From a virus: a stretch of DNA of 64,000 nt. Below the pieces are notes generated by a model. It was not told the DNA's origin, ran no database searches, and saw only the letters and a list, made by a program, of their open reading frames with translations. The stretch is taken from IMG/VR virus record IMGVR_UViG_3300021425_000027, positions 5,363-69,362 of that record; one strand, given 5' to 3'. A program made the position numbers and the translations under genes. Within the stretch, counting starts at the first letter, position 1; the number at the start of each line of letters is the position of its first letter. Positions 38,855 through 49,142 of the stretch are shown here, piece by piece.

Positions 38855-39970
38855 ATGAAGAGTCTACTATCTTATAATGAGTTTGTTAATGAAACTAAAA
38901 ATGTCAAGGAAGGAATTACTGATATTAAAGGTATTATGAGTAATCCTATTAAGTATAAAAAGATTAAGAATAACGCAAAGAAATATCAGAAAAGCAAGGT
39001 TCAGATAGCATTAAATAATTTAGATTACGAAAAGAAGAAAGCTGCAGGTAAAGGTGAAGGTAAGGGTGAAGTTCTTAAAGCTGCAAATGCCGCAAAGAAC
39101 GCAGCACTTAAAGACCAAGCGTCTGCTATATCTCAAAGGATGAAAGATCTTGCTACAACAGATCCACTTAAAAAGGTAGTTACATTAGCTACAACAAAAT
39201 CTAATTTGGCTGCTGCTGAAACTGCTCTTAAGGCAGCTGATGCCGAGGAGACAAAGCAACTTAAGATTAAAATTAAAAAATTATCAAGTAAAGCCGCAGA
39301 TGCCCAGCAAGCGCTCAAAGATTACGAAGCTGATTCAAAAAAGGATGAACCTAGTAATAATACTTCAGATAAAACAGAAGACGATTCACTATCAAAGGCT
39401 AATGATAAAACTGCAGAGGATTCCAAGAAAACCGCTGAGGAAGCTGTTGAAAAGGCAAAGGCTGCATATGATGCAGTAAAAGATGGTGAAGATGAAAAGG
39501 CCAAACTACAAGCAGAAATTAAATTTAAACAAGCCCAACAGAAAAAGGCTAAGCTAGATGATAACAATGAACTGGTTCAAGGATTAGGTGATGACATTGG
39601 AGAAATCATGAAAAAGATAACTGCACTCGATTCAGGCAGTAAGACCGAGACAGGTAAAGATGATCCTGGTGCAAAATTAGAAGCTGATATTAAAGCTTAT
39701 AATGATAACATAGAAGCCGAAAGAACCACGATGAATAAAGCTACTAAAGATTTAGATCAGGCTAAAAGAGATCTAAAGACTGGTAGAGGTTCTGAGGAAC
39801 AAGTCCAGAAACTACAAAAAGCAATCGAAGACAGTAAAGAAGACATTGCTGAACTTAAGAAAAAGGAAGCTGATGCTAAAAAGAAATTAGCTGCATTAGT
39901 ACCAGAATCATTTACACCACTTGAAGAATCTGTTTCTGAAAAGTTTAGAAGGTTAATGAAGAATGTATAA
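38855..39970 (+). CDS. Lys/Ala/Asp-rich coiled-coil protein, probable internal head protein
   Basis: Late promoter at 38830-38839. The N-terminus MKSLLSYNEFVNE resembles the T4 capsid-targeting sequence MKTYQEFIAE. Confidence 0.6.
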   Translation: MKSLLSYNEFVNETKNVKEGITDIKGIMSNPIKYKKIKNNAKKYQKSKVQIALNNLDYEKKKAAGKGEGKGEVLKAANAAKNAALKDQASAISQRMKDLATTDPLKKVVTLATTKSNLAAAETALKAADAEETKQLKIKIKKLSSKAADAQQALKDYEADSKKDEPSNNTSDKTEDDSLSKANDKTAEDSKKTAEEAVEKAKAAYDAVKDGEDEKAKLQAEIKFKQAQQKKAKLDDNNELVQGLGDDIGEIMKKITALDSGSKTETGKDDPGAKLEADIKAYNDNIEAERTTMNKATKDLDQAKRDLKTGRGSEEQVQKLQKAIEDSKEDIAELKKKEADAKKKLAALVPESFTPLEESVSEKFRRLMKNV

Positions 39971-40454
39971 AGTTCGTCGGATAAACTTTGGATGGTATAA
40001 AAGGAGGCATGGTATTCTATTGGAGAATCTGCCTCCTTTAAAGCAAAAACTTTTACTAGAAAATAATCATATGAAATGGTTAGATTCTGATGTAGATGCT
40101 TTTGAGATTATATTTAAGGTTGAGGATATGAATGAGCATGAAAAGAATCCTAACCGTATACTTTGGAATCCTTTTAGAGAAACTTTTACAAATATCAAAG
40201 AATTAGAAAAAGACTCGGATTTAGTAGATTGGAATTGTGGTATTTGTAAGGCCGAGATTAAATCAAGAATGGATTCAAAAAAGGTTGAAAACTTTGTGTG
40301 TAATAAATGCTCAGATGCTCATAACTCACGGAATAAAAGAGTTGATCAACGTGTAATAGATTCGTCCATTAAATTTACTAAGCACTGCAAATCTCTGTTA
40401 AAAGGTGAACAAAGAGAATTCCTTACTTACATACGAAGATCATCTAAAGGATAA
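39963..40454 (+). CDS. Hypothetical protein with a CxxC...CxxC zinc ribbon
   Basis: CGIC and CNKC, 17 residues apart. Confidence 0.6.
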   Translation: MYKVRRINFGWYKRRHGILLENLPPLKQKLLLENNHMKWLDSDVDAFEIIFKVEDMNEHEKNPNRILWNPFRETFTNIKELEKDSDLVDWNCGICKAEIKSRMDSKKVENFVCNKCSDAHNSRNKRVDQRVIDSSIKFTKHCKSLLKGEQREFLTYIRRSSKG

Positions 40455-41228
40455 AGCTTCTTCTATTGTTATTTTCTTGAATGCATTTAATTTACTCGTA
40501 GGGCATGCATTAAATATTTGAATATCTTTACCTCTTAATTCAGATTTAAGAATTTCAAATCCAGGTAAAAATTGACTCTTATAAATATTTTCACCTGTTG
40601 CATTTGTAGGGTACCCATCATGGAAATGACTAGCCTTTCCATCATTTCCCATGTCATATCCTAATAGCACTATTCTTTTTGCACCTAAATGAATTGCTAA
40701 ATTAATAGCTGCATAACCACTATTATTTCCATGTGCTAATGTATCGGGCGATTCTTCTAGTCCAAATTTTTTACCTCTCCTTAAAAGGTGAACGTCATTA
40801 GTATAATTTTTTGGTCTAATAGTAAACTTTAAGCCTTTATAATTTGTAATTTCTTTTTCTAACCATGTCCAAACTCTACCATCTGTCCAATACATAGCAT
40901 CTGCTTCTGGCCAAAAGCTTACGGCTTTATTAATTGCAATAGATTTTTTACCTCTTAGTTTATTCCAATCAAAACCTCTAAGGGATGGCCCCCCACCTAT
41001 GAGATAAACCGTTTGGCCTTTCCATATAGGATTAATTTTTTTAAATACTTTAGGTGTAATGTAAGGAGCCGGTTTAACTCTATCACCTTTCATCTTGGCT
41101 GGTAAAATTAGTTTCTTAACTGTGTTCTTTTTAATCTCACCTCTAGAAATTTTCGAAGGATTATTTGAAGACTTGTCATTAGGTAACAAGACCGACACAG
41201 TTTTTCTAATTTTTCTTACTCTTCTCAT
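40440..41228 (-). CDS. MAF/DUF115-like (GT42/sialyltransferase-like fold) protein
   Basis: VYLIGGGPSL, IAINK, NNSGYAAINLAIHLGAKRIVLLGYDM...HF and IFNA...SKL..F. The only credible minus-strand gene in the window. Confidence 0.75.
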   Translation of the reverse strand: MRRVRKIRKTVSVLLPNDKSSNNPSKISRGEIKKNTVKKLILPAKMKGDRVKPAPYITPKVFKKINPIWKGQTVYLIGGGPSLRGFDWNKLRGKKSIAINKAVSFWPEADAMYWTDGRVWTWLEKEITNYKGLKFTIRPKNYTNDVHLLRRGKKFGLEESPDTLAHGNNSGYAAINLAIHLGAKRIVLLGYDMGNDGKASHFHDGYPTNATGENIYKSQFLPGFEILKSELRGKDIQIFNACPTSKLNAFKKITIEEALSFR

Positions 41229-41255
41229 TGCAGATTTTTTTATTTATTTGGTTTG

Positions 41256-41281
41256 AAACTTTATCCTTTTTTTACATATAA
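41256..41281 (+). promoter_or_regulatory. Class B phage promoter AAAC-N16-ATATAA
   Basis: Exact 16-nt spacer upstream of the clamp loader. Confidence 0.6.
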
Positions 41282-41301
41282 AAATAAATCTATCTTATTT
41301 T

Positions 41302-42264
41302 ATGAAAAATATGCAAAACATACTTTTGACAGAAAAGTACAGGCCCCAATCTTTAGATGATTTGATAACACCAAAAAGAGTTGGGGATAAATTAAGTAAA
41401 GGCGTTTATCAACATCTATTATTACATGGCAGCCCAGGGACAGGTAAAACATCTGCTGCTAAGGCATTAGTAAAGCATTTTAATCATCCATATCTTTACA
41501 TTAATGCATCTACTGATACCTCAGTTGATATTGTTAGAAATAGAATTACAGATTTTTGCGCTAATCGTTCAATAATGGACGAACCTGGTAAAATGAAAGT
41601 TATCATCCTAGATGAGATTGATGGTGTATCTGATCAATTCTTTAAAGCTCTTAGGGCTACTATGGATCAATTTAATGTTAATGCAAGGTTCGTGGCAACC
41701 TGTAATTATATTAATAAAGTACCAGATCCAATACAATCAAGATTTGAAATGATTGATTTTGATTTTTCCAAAGAAGAAGAAACCGAAATAATGAAAAGCT
41801 ACATTATGAGAGTTTTTCAAATCTGTAAAGAAGAAGGCATAGGTATAGATAAGCACGCTGCGGTAGAGCTTGTAAAAAGAAAATTTCCTGATTTAAGAAA
41901 TATGTTAAATCAACTACAAGGTTTTAAATCGCAAGGATTAGAAACAATAACCGTTGATGACATTAAAAAGTTTAGTTCAGTATATAGAGATATTTATGAT
42001 TTGGTAATAGACGGTGAAGATCCCGTTAAAAATTATCAATATATGTTATCTAATTATGCCAATAGGACAGATGATGTTCTTTCTTCATTAGGTGCTGAAT
42101 TTATAGATTTTATAAAGCAAGATAGACAATCATATACTCAATTTATTCCGCAGATAATTGTAACAGTAGCAAAATACCAATCTCAACGCCAACTGGTGAT
42201 TGATCCTGCTGTTTCAATGCTTGCATGTATATATGAATTACAAACAATAGTTAACGGAGCATGA
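41302..42264 (+). CDS. Clamp loader AAA+ subunit (gp44/RFC-like)
   Basis: EKYRP, GSPGTGKT, INAS, ILDEID, TCNY...IQSR and FPDLR. Confidence 0.93.
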   Translation: MKNMQNILLTEKYRPQSLDDLITPKRVGDKLSKGVYQHLLLHGSPGTGKTSAAKALVKHFNHPYLYINASTDTSVDIVRNRITDFCANRSIMDEPGKMKVIILDEIDGVSDQFFKALRATMDQFNVNARFVATCNYINKVPDPIQSRFEMIDFDFSKEEETEIMKSYIMRVFQICKEEGIGIDKHAAVELVKRKFPDLRNMLNQLQGFKSQGLETITVDDIKKFSSVYRDIYDLVIDGEDPVKNYQYMLSNYANRTDDVLSSLGAEFIDFIKQDRQSYTQFIPQIIVTVAKYQSQRQLVIDPAVSMLACIYELQTIVNGA

Positions 42265-42422
42265 CACAAGAATTTTTAAGAAAATTAATTAAACTCTTTC
42301 CTAATAATTATTCACTAGGAGAGGCTGTTAGAAGATATCAGACATATAAGGATAATAATCCTAATGTAAATTCAATTGCGCTAGAAAAAGAGTTCTTGGA
42401 TAACTTTCAAAATAAAGCATGA
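42261..42422 (+). CDS. Small hypothetical protein (53 aa), absent from the ORF track
   Basis: MTQEFLRKLIKLFPNNYSLGEAVRRY...; ATGA overlap with the gp44 stop fills the gap. Confidence 0.55.
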   Translation: MTQEFLRKLIKLFPNNYSLGEAVRRYQTYKDNNPNVNSIALEKEFLDNFQNKA

Positions 42423-42435
42423 TTTGTTATATTTA
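42405..42435 (+). promoter_or_regulatory. Class A (Bacteroidetes sigma-A-like) promoter TTTC-N19-TATATTTA
   Basis: One of three copies with identical spacing; resembles the Bacteroidetes consensus TTTG-N19-21-TAnnTTTG. Confidence 0.6.
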
Positions 42436-42451
42436 AATAAAATAACACAAT

Positions 42452-43678
42452 ATGAAAAAGACAGGTAGACATACATTTGTTATAGACGGTAATTACTTCT
42501 TATTTAGAACACTTTATGTAATTCCTAGTAGATCTAAAAAGGCAGGCCTATTAGGAACAGAAGAAGATGTTCAAGCATTCGTTAAAAAATTGGCAACTGA
42601 CTTTGCATACCAAATCAGATTATTTGAAGGTCTTATTGATAAAGTTGTTTGGACAGTTGATTCAAGATCATGGAGAAAGGATTTTTACCCAGACGCAGAA
42701 TATAAAGGTAATCGTAAACAAAATGATGCTCTTAACTGGGAAAACTTTTCAAAGGCTACTGCTGACTTTATATCAATCATATCAAAGCAAGGTGTTATTA
42801 TTTCTAAAGTTGACGGGGCAGAAGGAGACGATCTTATGTATGCATGGAATACTGAATCTCTCGCTAATGATAAATCAGTCATTATGTTTACTGGTGATAG
42901 AGATTTAGTTCAATTAGTAAATAAGAGTACAAATAATAATACTCATACAATTCTATTTTCACCAGCTCATAAAAAATTATACACATACCAAGGATTTTCT
43001 GAATGGATGGATTCTCAATCTGAAGAAGAACAGTCCGATGATATATTTGATGTACTAAAAACTTCTGTGTCACCAGAAAATCAAGCCAAGAAATTACTTA
43101 AGACTCTAGTTTCAAAGAAAAAGGCTTCTATTATAGAAGTAGACCCTGAGGACTTCCGTTTCCGCAAAGTACTTACTGGTGATGCAGGTGATAATGTTCC
43201 ACCTGCATATTATTATAAGAAAGGAAATAGACGATACGGTATCAGTGAGAAAAAGGCAACTGCTATTATTGCTGAGTTCAAAGAAAAGCATGGCTATCTA
43301 TCTCACATGTATCTTTACAACGATGAGTACGTTACCGACTTGGCAAATATGACTATACGAGTTATGAATGCAAAACATATGAGCAGAGAACAGATCATTT
43401 CTAATATTAAATCTAATGTTAATCTTATGGTTCTTGCTGCTGAATCTATCCCAGAAGGTATTTTAGATGAAATGTTTAAATCCGTTGAATCTAAAATGAA
43501 TGTAAAAGGTTTGCAATTAAAAACAATTGCAACAATGAAATCTTTGTTAGAGGGAACTGAATATGCTAAAGAAACTGACAGTTCATTTAAATCTTCATTT
43601 TTTAAAGATGACGATTCTAGTGAAGAGGATGATATGTCCTTTATCAAAGGAACTAAATCTCAAGATAAAATATTCTAA
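42452..43678 (+). CDS. 5'-3' exonuclease / T4 RNase H-like flap nuclease
   Basis: VIDGN, DSRSWRK, YKGNRK, EGDD, TGDRDLVQL and LTGDAGDNVP. Confidence 0.9.
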   Translation: MKKTGRHTFVIDGNYFLFRTLYVIPSRSKKAGLLGTEEDVQAFVKKLATDFAYQIRLFEGLIDKVVWTVDSRSWRKDFYPDAEYKGNRKQNDALNWENFSKATADFISIISKQGVIISKVDGAEGDDLMYAWNTESLANDKSVIMFTGDRDLVQLVNKSTNNNTHTILFSPAHKKLYTYQGFSEWMDSQSEEEQSDDIFDVLKTSVSPENQAKKLLKTLVSKKKASIIEVDPEDFRFRKVLTGDAGDNVPPAYYYKKGNRRYGISEKKATAIIAEFKEKHGYLSHMYLYNDEYVTDLANMTIRVMNAKHMSREQIISNIKSNVNLMVLAAESIPEGILDEMFKSVESKMNVKGLQLKTIATMKSLLEGTEYAKETDSSFKSSFFKDDDSSEEDDMSFIKGTKSQDKIF

Positions 43679-43681
43679 AAT

Positions 43682-44617
43682 ATGAAAATATGTAAAATAC
43701 TTTGGTCAACTAATAGGTTAGAATATTTAATACCTACACTTCAGACATCTGATCAATTTATAGATTGGGGTGATCATGAAGTGGATGGTATATTTATTGA
43801 TGATATGCCAACCGATAGGAGCGATGAAACTCTTAAATTTTTGGCAGAATCTTATGGGTATAATTACGTAAAATTGCATGAAAAAAATCAAGGTCTAGCC
43901 CATTCATGGGAAGAGTCTATTGACATATTAAATAGCATTGAAAAAGATTATGATTTTATATGGCACCAAGAAGATGATCTAATTATTAATGATCATATTA
44001 AGATAGATGATCTTATAAAATATTTAAATGAAAATGATTGGTGTTTACAAGTAGACTTGGCATATCAACTTGATTGGTATGAGTGCTTTGGGCATCGTAA
44101 AATTACAGATTTACCTTTAGATAAATGGAATGACTTTTATTCAATATCAGCAAATTACTTTGGTGATTGTACGTTTGATACCTCATTTTCATTAACTAAA
44201 GCTAGTCATTATTTAAATGCAGTTAAGGCATGGAAGGAAGGATCTATACCTGAATTGGTAGATCTGGGTAATGAGAACACTACAGTTATAAGAGATAAGA
44301 TATTTTGTGAAGGGTCTTTATGGGCTGTAATTGATGTTTACAATAACATTTATAATAATGGAAGTAAAAATGAAAAACATTGGGCTGTTTCATTTTATAG
44401 TAAGGATAAAAAGAATTACATAGAGCATGTTGGAGAATGGTCTTGGGGACAAAGAATGCCACCAGAAACGGTTAATGAGAAGATTAATGCATTAGAAAAA
44501 AATCCGGATATTTGGAGTAATGGGGATAAGTATCAAATAGAAAAAATGAAGGAGATGATGGATGATCCTAATAAAAAAATATCATCTCGTACTTGGGAAA
44601 GATTGGACAATTCTTAA
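43682..44617 (+). CDS. Putative GT-A glycosyltransferase
   Basis: STNRLEYL..TL, FIDD, NQGL, FIWHQEDD and IEHVG. Confidence 0.7.
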   Translation: MKICKILWSTNRLEYLIPTLQTSDQFIDWGDHEVDGIFIDDMPTDRSDETLKFLAESYGYNYVKLHEKNQGLAHSWEESIDILNSIEKDYDFIWHQEDDLIINDHIKIDDLIKYLNENDWCLQVDLAYQLDWYECFGHRKITDLPLDKWNDFYSISANYFGDCTFDTSFSLTKASHYLNAVKAWKEGSIPELVDLGNENTTVIRDKIFCEGSLWAVIDVYNNIYNNGSKNEKHWAVSFYSKDKKNYIEHVGEWSWGQRMPPETVNEKINALEKNPDIWSNGDKYQIEKMKEMMDDPNKKISSRTWERLDNS

Positions 44618-44643
44618 AACAATTTAAACAGTTACTCATATAA
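44617..44643 (+). promoter_or_regulatory. Class B phage promoter AAAC-N17-ATATAA
   Basis: Repeated bipartite motif. Confidence 0.5.
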
Positions 44644-44658
44644 ATATAAAATAGGTTA

Positions 44659-45075
44659 ATGAAATTATTTGATTACATAAAGGTTTTATTTGGTAAGGAT
44701 GTGAATTGGGATAAGTTATCTAATTATGATAAATCTAAAAATTCATTTATGACTAATAGATTTATGAGTATTAAGTTTCCAGTACAAGCTAATTTATTTA
44801 ATACTCTCAAAATTGATCCGGTTGGCCAAGCAGAAGCATGGCGATTAGTTTCCTCTAAATTTAATAGGGTACCTGGATTTATCTATACCAAAGTTAAGAA
44901 GTCCCCAAAGCAAAAGGCAAAAGAATGGAATCCCAACCCTAAGGCAAAAGAATTATATATGAAGCTTAACGAAATTGGAGAAAGGGAATATAGGGAAGCT
45001 TTAAAATATAACCCATCATTAATTCAGTCCTCGATAGATATATTAGAAAAACAGATGGGAAGTGATGCTAATTGA
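44659..45075 (+). CDS. Clamp loader small subunit (gp62-like)
   Basis: MKLFDYI...FMTNRFMS pattern, size, and proximity to gp44. Confidence 0.6.
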   Translation: MKLFDYIKVLFGKDVNWDKLSNYDKSKNSFMTNRFMSIKFPVQANLFNTLKIDPVGQAEAWRLVSSKFNRVPGFIYTKVKKSPKQKAKEWNPNPKAKELYMKLNEIGEREYREALKYNPSLIQSSIDILEKQMGSDAN

Positions 45076-45736
45076 TAATACCTTTGAGTTAGGAATACCA
45101 ACTCATATTTCTTTTGTCCTGTTTAAGTATGATTACTTTGATAGTATAATCATTAGTAGAGTAAAAAAAGAGTGTAAGAATTTCAACCTATCAAAAGATG
45201 GTAATGAATATACTGTTAAAGTATCTTCTTTTCTTAATGCCATAAAAACAAGTAAGCGGTTACGTACTGAAATAGAAAAAACTGAAAACTCTGGTTTTTT
45301 ACCAAACCCATCTCTTAAGCCTAATTCTATTTACTTTTTGTGGTCAATTTTTAAAAGATTGGAAAACATTCAATTTTTAACTTTTACTGTAAATAGTGAT
45401 AAAAAATATACTCGTCTCATTAAGAATGGCAATGGTGCGTACGTTCTTAGTTTTCATTTTAACATCGTTGAAGGTATTTTTGATTTAACTCATCTTCTCT
45501 CTAGGGAAGAATTGGATGAATTCAATAAAACGCTTATTGACTTTAAGATTCTAAAAAATAAATATCTTGAAAGAAAGCCTTACTTTTATATGAAAGCCAC
45601 GGCTATAATAGATATTTTATCTTCTATGGAAATTCAAGGAAAACTAGATATGCTTAGTATAATAGATCACATTGACCCTAAGTTAGAAGAAGACGATCCA
45701 ACTTTAATTGTAAAAACCGACTATACTCCGTATTAA
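45062..45736 (+). CDS. Hypothetical protein
   Basis: 224-aa ORF coupled to its neighbours; no motif recognised. Confidence 0.6.
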   Translation: MMLIDNTFELGIPTHISFVLFKYDYFDSIIISRVKKECKNFNLSKDGNEYTVKVSSFLNAIKTSKRLRTEIEKTENSGFLPNPSLKPNSIYFLWSIFKRLENIQFLTFTVNSDKKYTRLIKNGNGAYVLSFHFNIVEGIFDLTHLLSREELDEFNKTLIDFKILKNKYLERKPYFYMKATAIIDILSSMEIQGKLDMLSIIDHIDPKLEEDDPTLIVKTDYTPY

Positions 45737-46257
45737 TGATAAAGAGAGAGGTTTATACATTTAATGGAATTTCTGAATTACCTAATATTTCATGGCACAT
45801 TTTCTTTAGTAAATCGGTAATAGGAAAGGATTACGAGATTTTATGGAATACTGATACCAAGGAATTGATGATGTCCAATACTGAATTTGAATGGGATACT
45901 AATAAATTTTTCTTTGATTCCATTTTTAGTGGGTGTAAAATTTTATCAATAGGATACGGTATAGGTTTTATCAATAATATAGTTAGAAAAAGAAATGCCC
46001 ATTTAACCGTAATTGAAAAGGATCAGCGTGTTATTGATTTAGAGAAAGATAACATTGATGACATTAGAATTATAATTGGAGATGGGCACACCCTTAATTA
46101 TAATGATTTGTTTACTACTGAAAAATTTGATATAGTATATTGGGATCCTTCTGGTGGTAATGAAAATTTAGCCATACCTTTTGATCAACTGGAACTTATT
46201 TTAAAGCCTGAAGGAAAGCTCATACTCTGGACAAATGGTGGGTCATTAGAAAAATAG
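45736..46257 (+). CDS. Class I SAM-dependent methyltransferase (spermidine-synthase-like fold)
   Basis: ILSIGYGIG, VIEKD..VI, IIIGDG, KFDIVYWD and LKPEG. Confidence 0.7.
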   Translation: MIKREVYTFNGISELPNISWHIFFSKSVIGKDYEILWNTDTKELMMSNTEFEWDTNKFFFDSIFSGCKILSIGYGIGFINNIVRKRNAHLTVIEKDQRVIDLEKDNIDDIRIIIGDGHTLNYNDLFTTEKFDIVYWDPSGGNENLAIPFDQLELILKPEGKLILWTNGGSLEK

Positions 46258-46283
46258 AATATATAAACAAATAATGTTTGTAT

Positions 46284-46538
46284 ATGAAAAAGATAATTAA
46301 CTGGGTTAGTGGCCTTCTTAAAGATGAAAAGGGTACACCTTCATCCAAGAGATTTATTGGAATAGTTGCAGGTCTATCTTTATGTATAGCTTTATTCATC
46401 AATCTTTATACAGAGCAACCAGTAGAGCCTACTATAGTTAATGCTGTCGCTGCAATATGTGTTGGCGGATTAGGTTTAGCATCAGCAGATAAAATCTGGG
46501 CAAAAAGAGCTAAGGGTGATCATCAAATAAATTCATAA
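46284..46538 (+). CDS. Small two-transmembrane protein, holin-like
   Basis: PSSKRF followed by two hydrophobic helices; late promoter at 46258-46267. Confidence 0.55.
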   Translation: MKKIINWVSGLLKDEKGTPSSKRFIGIVAGLSLCIALFINLYTEQPVEPTIVNAVAAICVGGLGLASADKIWAKRAKGDHQINS

Positions 46539-46541
46539 TTA

Positions 46542-48497
46542 ATGGCGGTTAACGGAACTACGACAAATGCTAATGGCGATGCTATATTAATTAGCTTACA
46601 AGAACCTTATAAAAATGTAGTTGAAGTATTAGGATATACTGATGTTACTAAAGGGGAAAATACTAGTGTTTATTTTAATAAGCAATTTAGGTGGGGAACG
46701 GATGGTGTTACATATTCAGATTATATAACTCTTAGTAATGCGAATCTAGAAGCTTTATTGTTAGATCCAAATAAACCGTTTTGGGTACAGTATAGGTATG
46801 AACAAGTGGGCGATGGCACATTAGAATTTGAATCCATAGCATTAGAATTGGTAACAGATGGTGGGGTTATATGTAGAGTTCCACAAGTAGAGTGTGGGGC
46901 TGAAGGCTGCGTAGGGGTCCCAAATTTAGTTGTTGATTGTTGCGGAGAATCTTGGAATCCTTATGATTTGAGTAGAGCATCTGCTATGTATGATCAACTG
47001 TCAGCTGTCACTTCTAATCTTTTTGGTTTTTGTGTAGATTACTTTAAGACAAAAGCTGACCAAAGAAGTAGAGATGTTATTCTTAAAGAGTATTCATTAT
47101 TTAATGTAATTTCCGACGCAGAAGTAAAAATTCTTATTCCAGATAATGAATTACCTACTAGGGAGATTCAGTTTAATCCTATGATGATGGATTTTCCTGT
47201 TCAATTTGAAGTACATATTGTAAAATCTGCATTTGAGGCAGTCTTTGGTGTAGGCGCTAAACCAGAAATGAGAGACTATTTATATTTTAAACAGTATATG
47301 AATAGAATGTATGAAGTTGATGCTATAGCCGAAGCTGATGACTTTCTTTATAGCGGTTCTTATTGGAGAGTAAGTCTTGTACCGTATCAGCAAAGAACTG
47401 CTGTTGGTTTTGACAATACTATAGAAGGTAAGAATGCTGAAGCTGATACCAAATCATTAGTTTCTGATTTAAGTAAATTTAAAGAAGAAAGAGAAGACGA
47501 ATTTAGAGATGTTAGAAAACCTAATCAATATAATACAATAGGAAGTCTATGTAATGATTATGTAAGAAGAGTATTAGATAAGAGATTAATTATTAAAGAA
47601 GAGAATGTTTATAATGAATGGACTATTATATCAAAATACCATTACAAATTAAATTCTATGAAAACTAGAGAAGAGGCTATAGAATATAGATATGATGATG
47701 GGTGGTCTAAAGAAGAAGATAGGGCATTTACTTTTTGGGCAAGACCTCAGTATAAATCACCTATAGGAACTAATGTATTAATTCTTTCTATTGTAAATAA
47801 AGCTGGTAAAGTTCAATTTAATACTTCAAGTTTACCTGAGTTTGGTCAAGCCTTAAATGTAGGAGACTGGGTTTCCATAAGTGGTACGAAATCCTATAAT
47901 GGGATATCAAAGATAATTGAAATAAATAATAATTCTATTACTATAGATGAAGTATATGTTGATGACATAACAATAGGCACGCCTAAATTCAATAAAGAAA
48001 CTAGTAATAACTTTATGGTTTATGAAAATTCTTTATTGCCTTCTACTCAGTTCGTGTCCTTGACATATACTCCAAATTGGTTTATTATGAAAGTTGGTGA
48101 TGTGTATCACAAATGGAAATTAACCCAATCTCTAATTAAAGATAATTGGTATGCATTTGTTATCAATCTTAATGCTACATCAAAGCAGTTAAGTCTATAT
48201 GTATATAGCACACCTGAAACATCAGGTTCAATTAATCCTAATTTTACATCTAAATTAACTAGAATATTTTATGAACCTAAAACCTACACGCCTATTACTA
48301 TTGCAGATGATCTAAGTTGGAAGATTCTAGGTAGTCAGACAGATTTAACTAATATTAGAATTTGGAAAAAGCCTATAGAAGAAGAATTGCAAAGTTTAAT
48401 ACTTAGTCAATATGTAGTTAAGGATACTCATTTAACTTTATTATTAGATAACGCATCTCCTGAACTGTTATTACAGACAGTTTCGGATGCCCGTTAA
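46542..48497 (+). CDS. Virion structural protein: neck (gp14-like) domain plus beta-rich (LamG-like) domains
   Basis: FEVHIVKSAFEAVFG...P..RDYLYF....RMYEV is a gp14-like core. The C-terminus has AFTFWARP, WYAFVIN and LTNIRIWK. Confidence 0.55.
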   Translation: MAVNGTTTNANGDAILISLQEPYKNVVEVLGYTDVTKGENTSVYFNKQFRWGTDGVTYSDYITLSNANLEALLLDPNKPFWVQYRYEQVGDGTLEFESIALELVTDGGVICRVPQVECGAEGCVGVPNLVVDCCGESWNPYDLSRASAMYDQLSAVTSNLFGFCVDYFKTKADQRSRDVILKEYSLFNVISDAEVKILIPDNELPTREIQFNPMMMDFPVQFEVHIVKSAFEAVFGVGAKPEMRDYLYFKQYMNRMYEVDAIAEADDFLYSGSYWRVSLVPYQQRTAVGFDNTIEGKNAEADTKSLVSDLSKFKEEREDEFRDVRKPNQYNTIGSLCNDYVRRVLDKRLIIKEENVYNEWTIISKYHYKLNSMKTREEAIEYRYDDGWSKEEDRAFTFWARPQYKSPIGTNVLILSIVNKAGKVQFNTSSLPEFGQALNVGDWVSISGTKSYNGISKIIEINNNSITIDEVYVDDITIGTPKFNKETSNNFMVYENSLLPSTQFVSLTYTPNWFIMKVGDVYHKWKLTQSLIKDNWYAFVINLNATSKQLSLYVYSTPETSGSINPNFTSKLTRIFYEPKTYTPITIADDLSWKILGSQTDLTNIRIWKKPIEEELQSLILSQYVVKDTHLTLLLDNASPELLLQTVSDAR

Positions 48498-48527
48498 CTT
48501 GGAATATATAATACAAATTTAGTATTA

Positions 48528-49142
48528 ATGGAAGAAAATTCAAAAGATCGCTTTAGGGATAGTATCGGAGACTTACTTAATGATTTACCGGATGAGGTGC
48601 CAGGTTTAGATGATACTCCGCAATTACCTAAAGTTAACCCAAGAATAGAAGGTACGCAGGAAGTTGCTTTAACTAAGGCAAAGGGAAAGGCTAAAAAAGT
48701 AATGAGTAGCTTGCTTAAATTTTATTTAAGTGAAGAAATTATTGCAGAACATGAATACATTCAAGCAAAAGCATCATTAGATGAATATGCACTAGGGATG
48801 CTAATTAGACAAATGGAGAATAGCGAAATTGCTATTTCTACATTGATGGATACTATTAATGAAGGGGATGTTTCCCCTCGTATGTTTGAAGTACTTAGTG
48901 ATTTACAAAGAACTTTGTTAGATATTATTAAAAGTCAAACAATGTATATGGTAGCCATAGAGGAAAATGCTAAAAAGACTTCACGAGACATTGATGTTTA
49001 TCATGGCAGTCCAGAAGGAGATTCAAGAAATAAATCTACAGGTCTAAAATCTAGAGGTACTAAAGATTTAATGAGAGCATTACAGGAAACAATTAATGAA
49101 GAAGATATACAAGATGTCGAAGAAGATGAAGATGAAGAATGA
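48528..49142 (+). CDS. Terminase small subunit (gp16-like)
   Basis: SPRMFEVL..L and G.TKDL..AL motifs; upstream of the large terminase; late promoter at 48503-48512. Confidence 0.65.
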   Translation: MEENSKDRFRDSIGDLLNDLPDEVPGLDDTPQLPKVNPRIEGTQEVALTKAKGKAKKVMSSLLKFYLSEEIIAEHEYIQAKASLDEYALGMLIRQMENSEIAISTLMDTINEGDVSPRMFEVLSDLQRTLLDIIKSQTMYMVAIEENAKKTSRDIDVYHGSPEGDSRNKSTGLKSRGTKDLMRALQETINEEDIQDVEEDEDEE

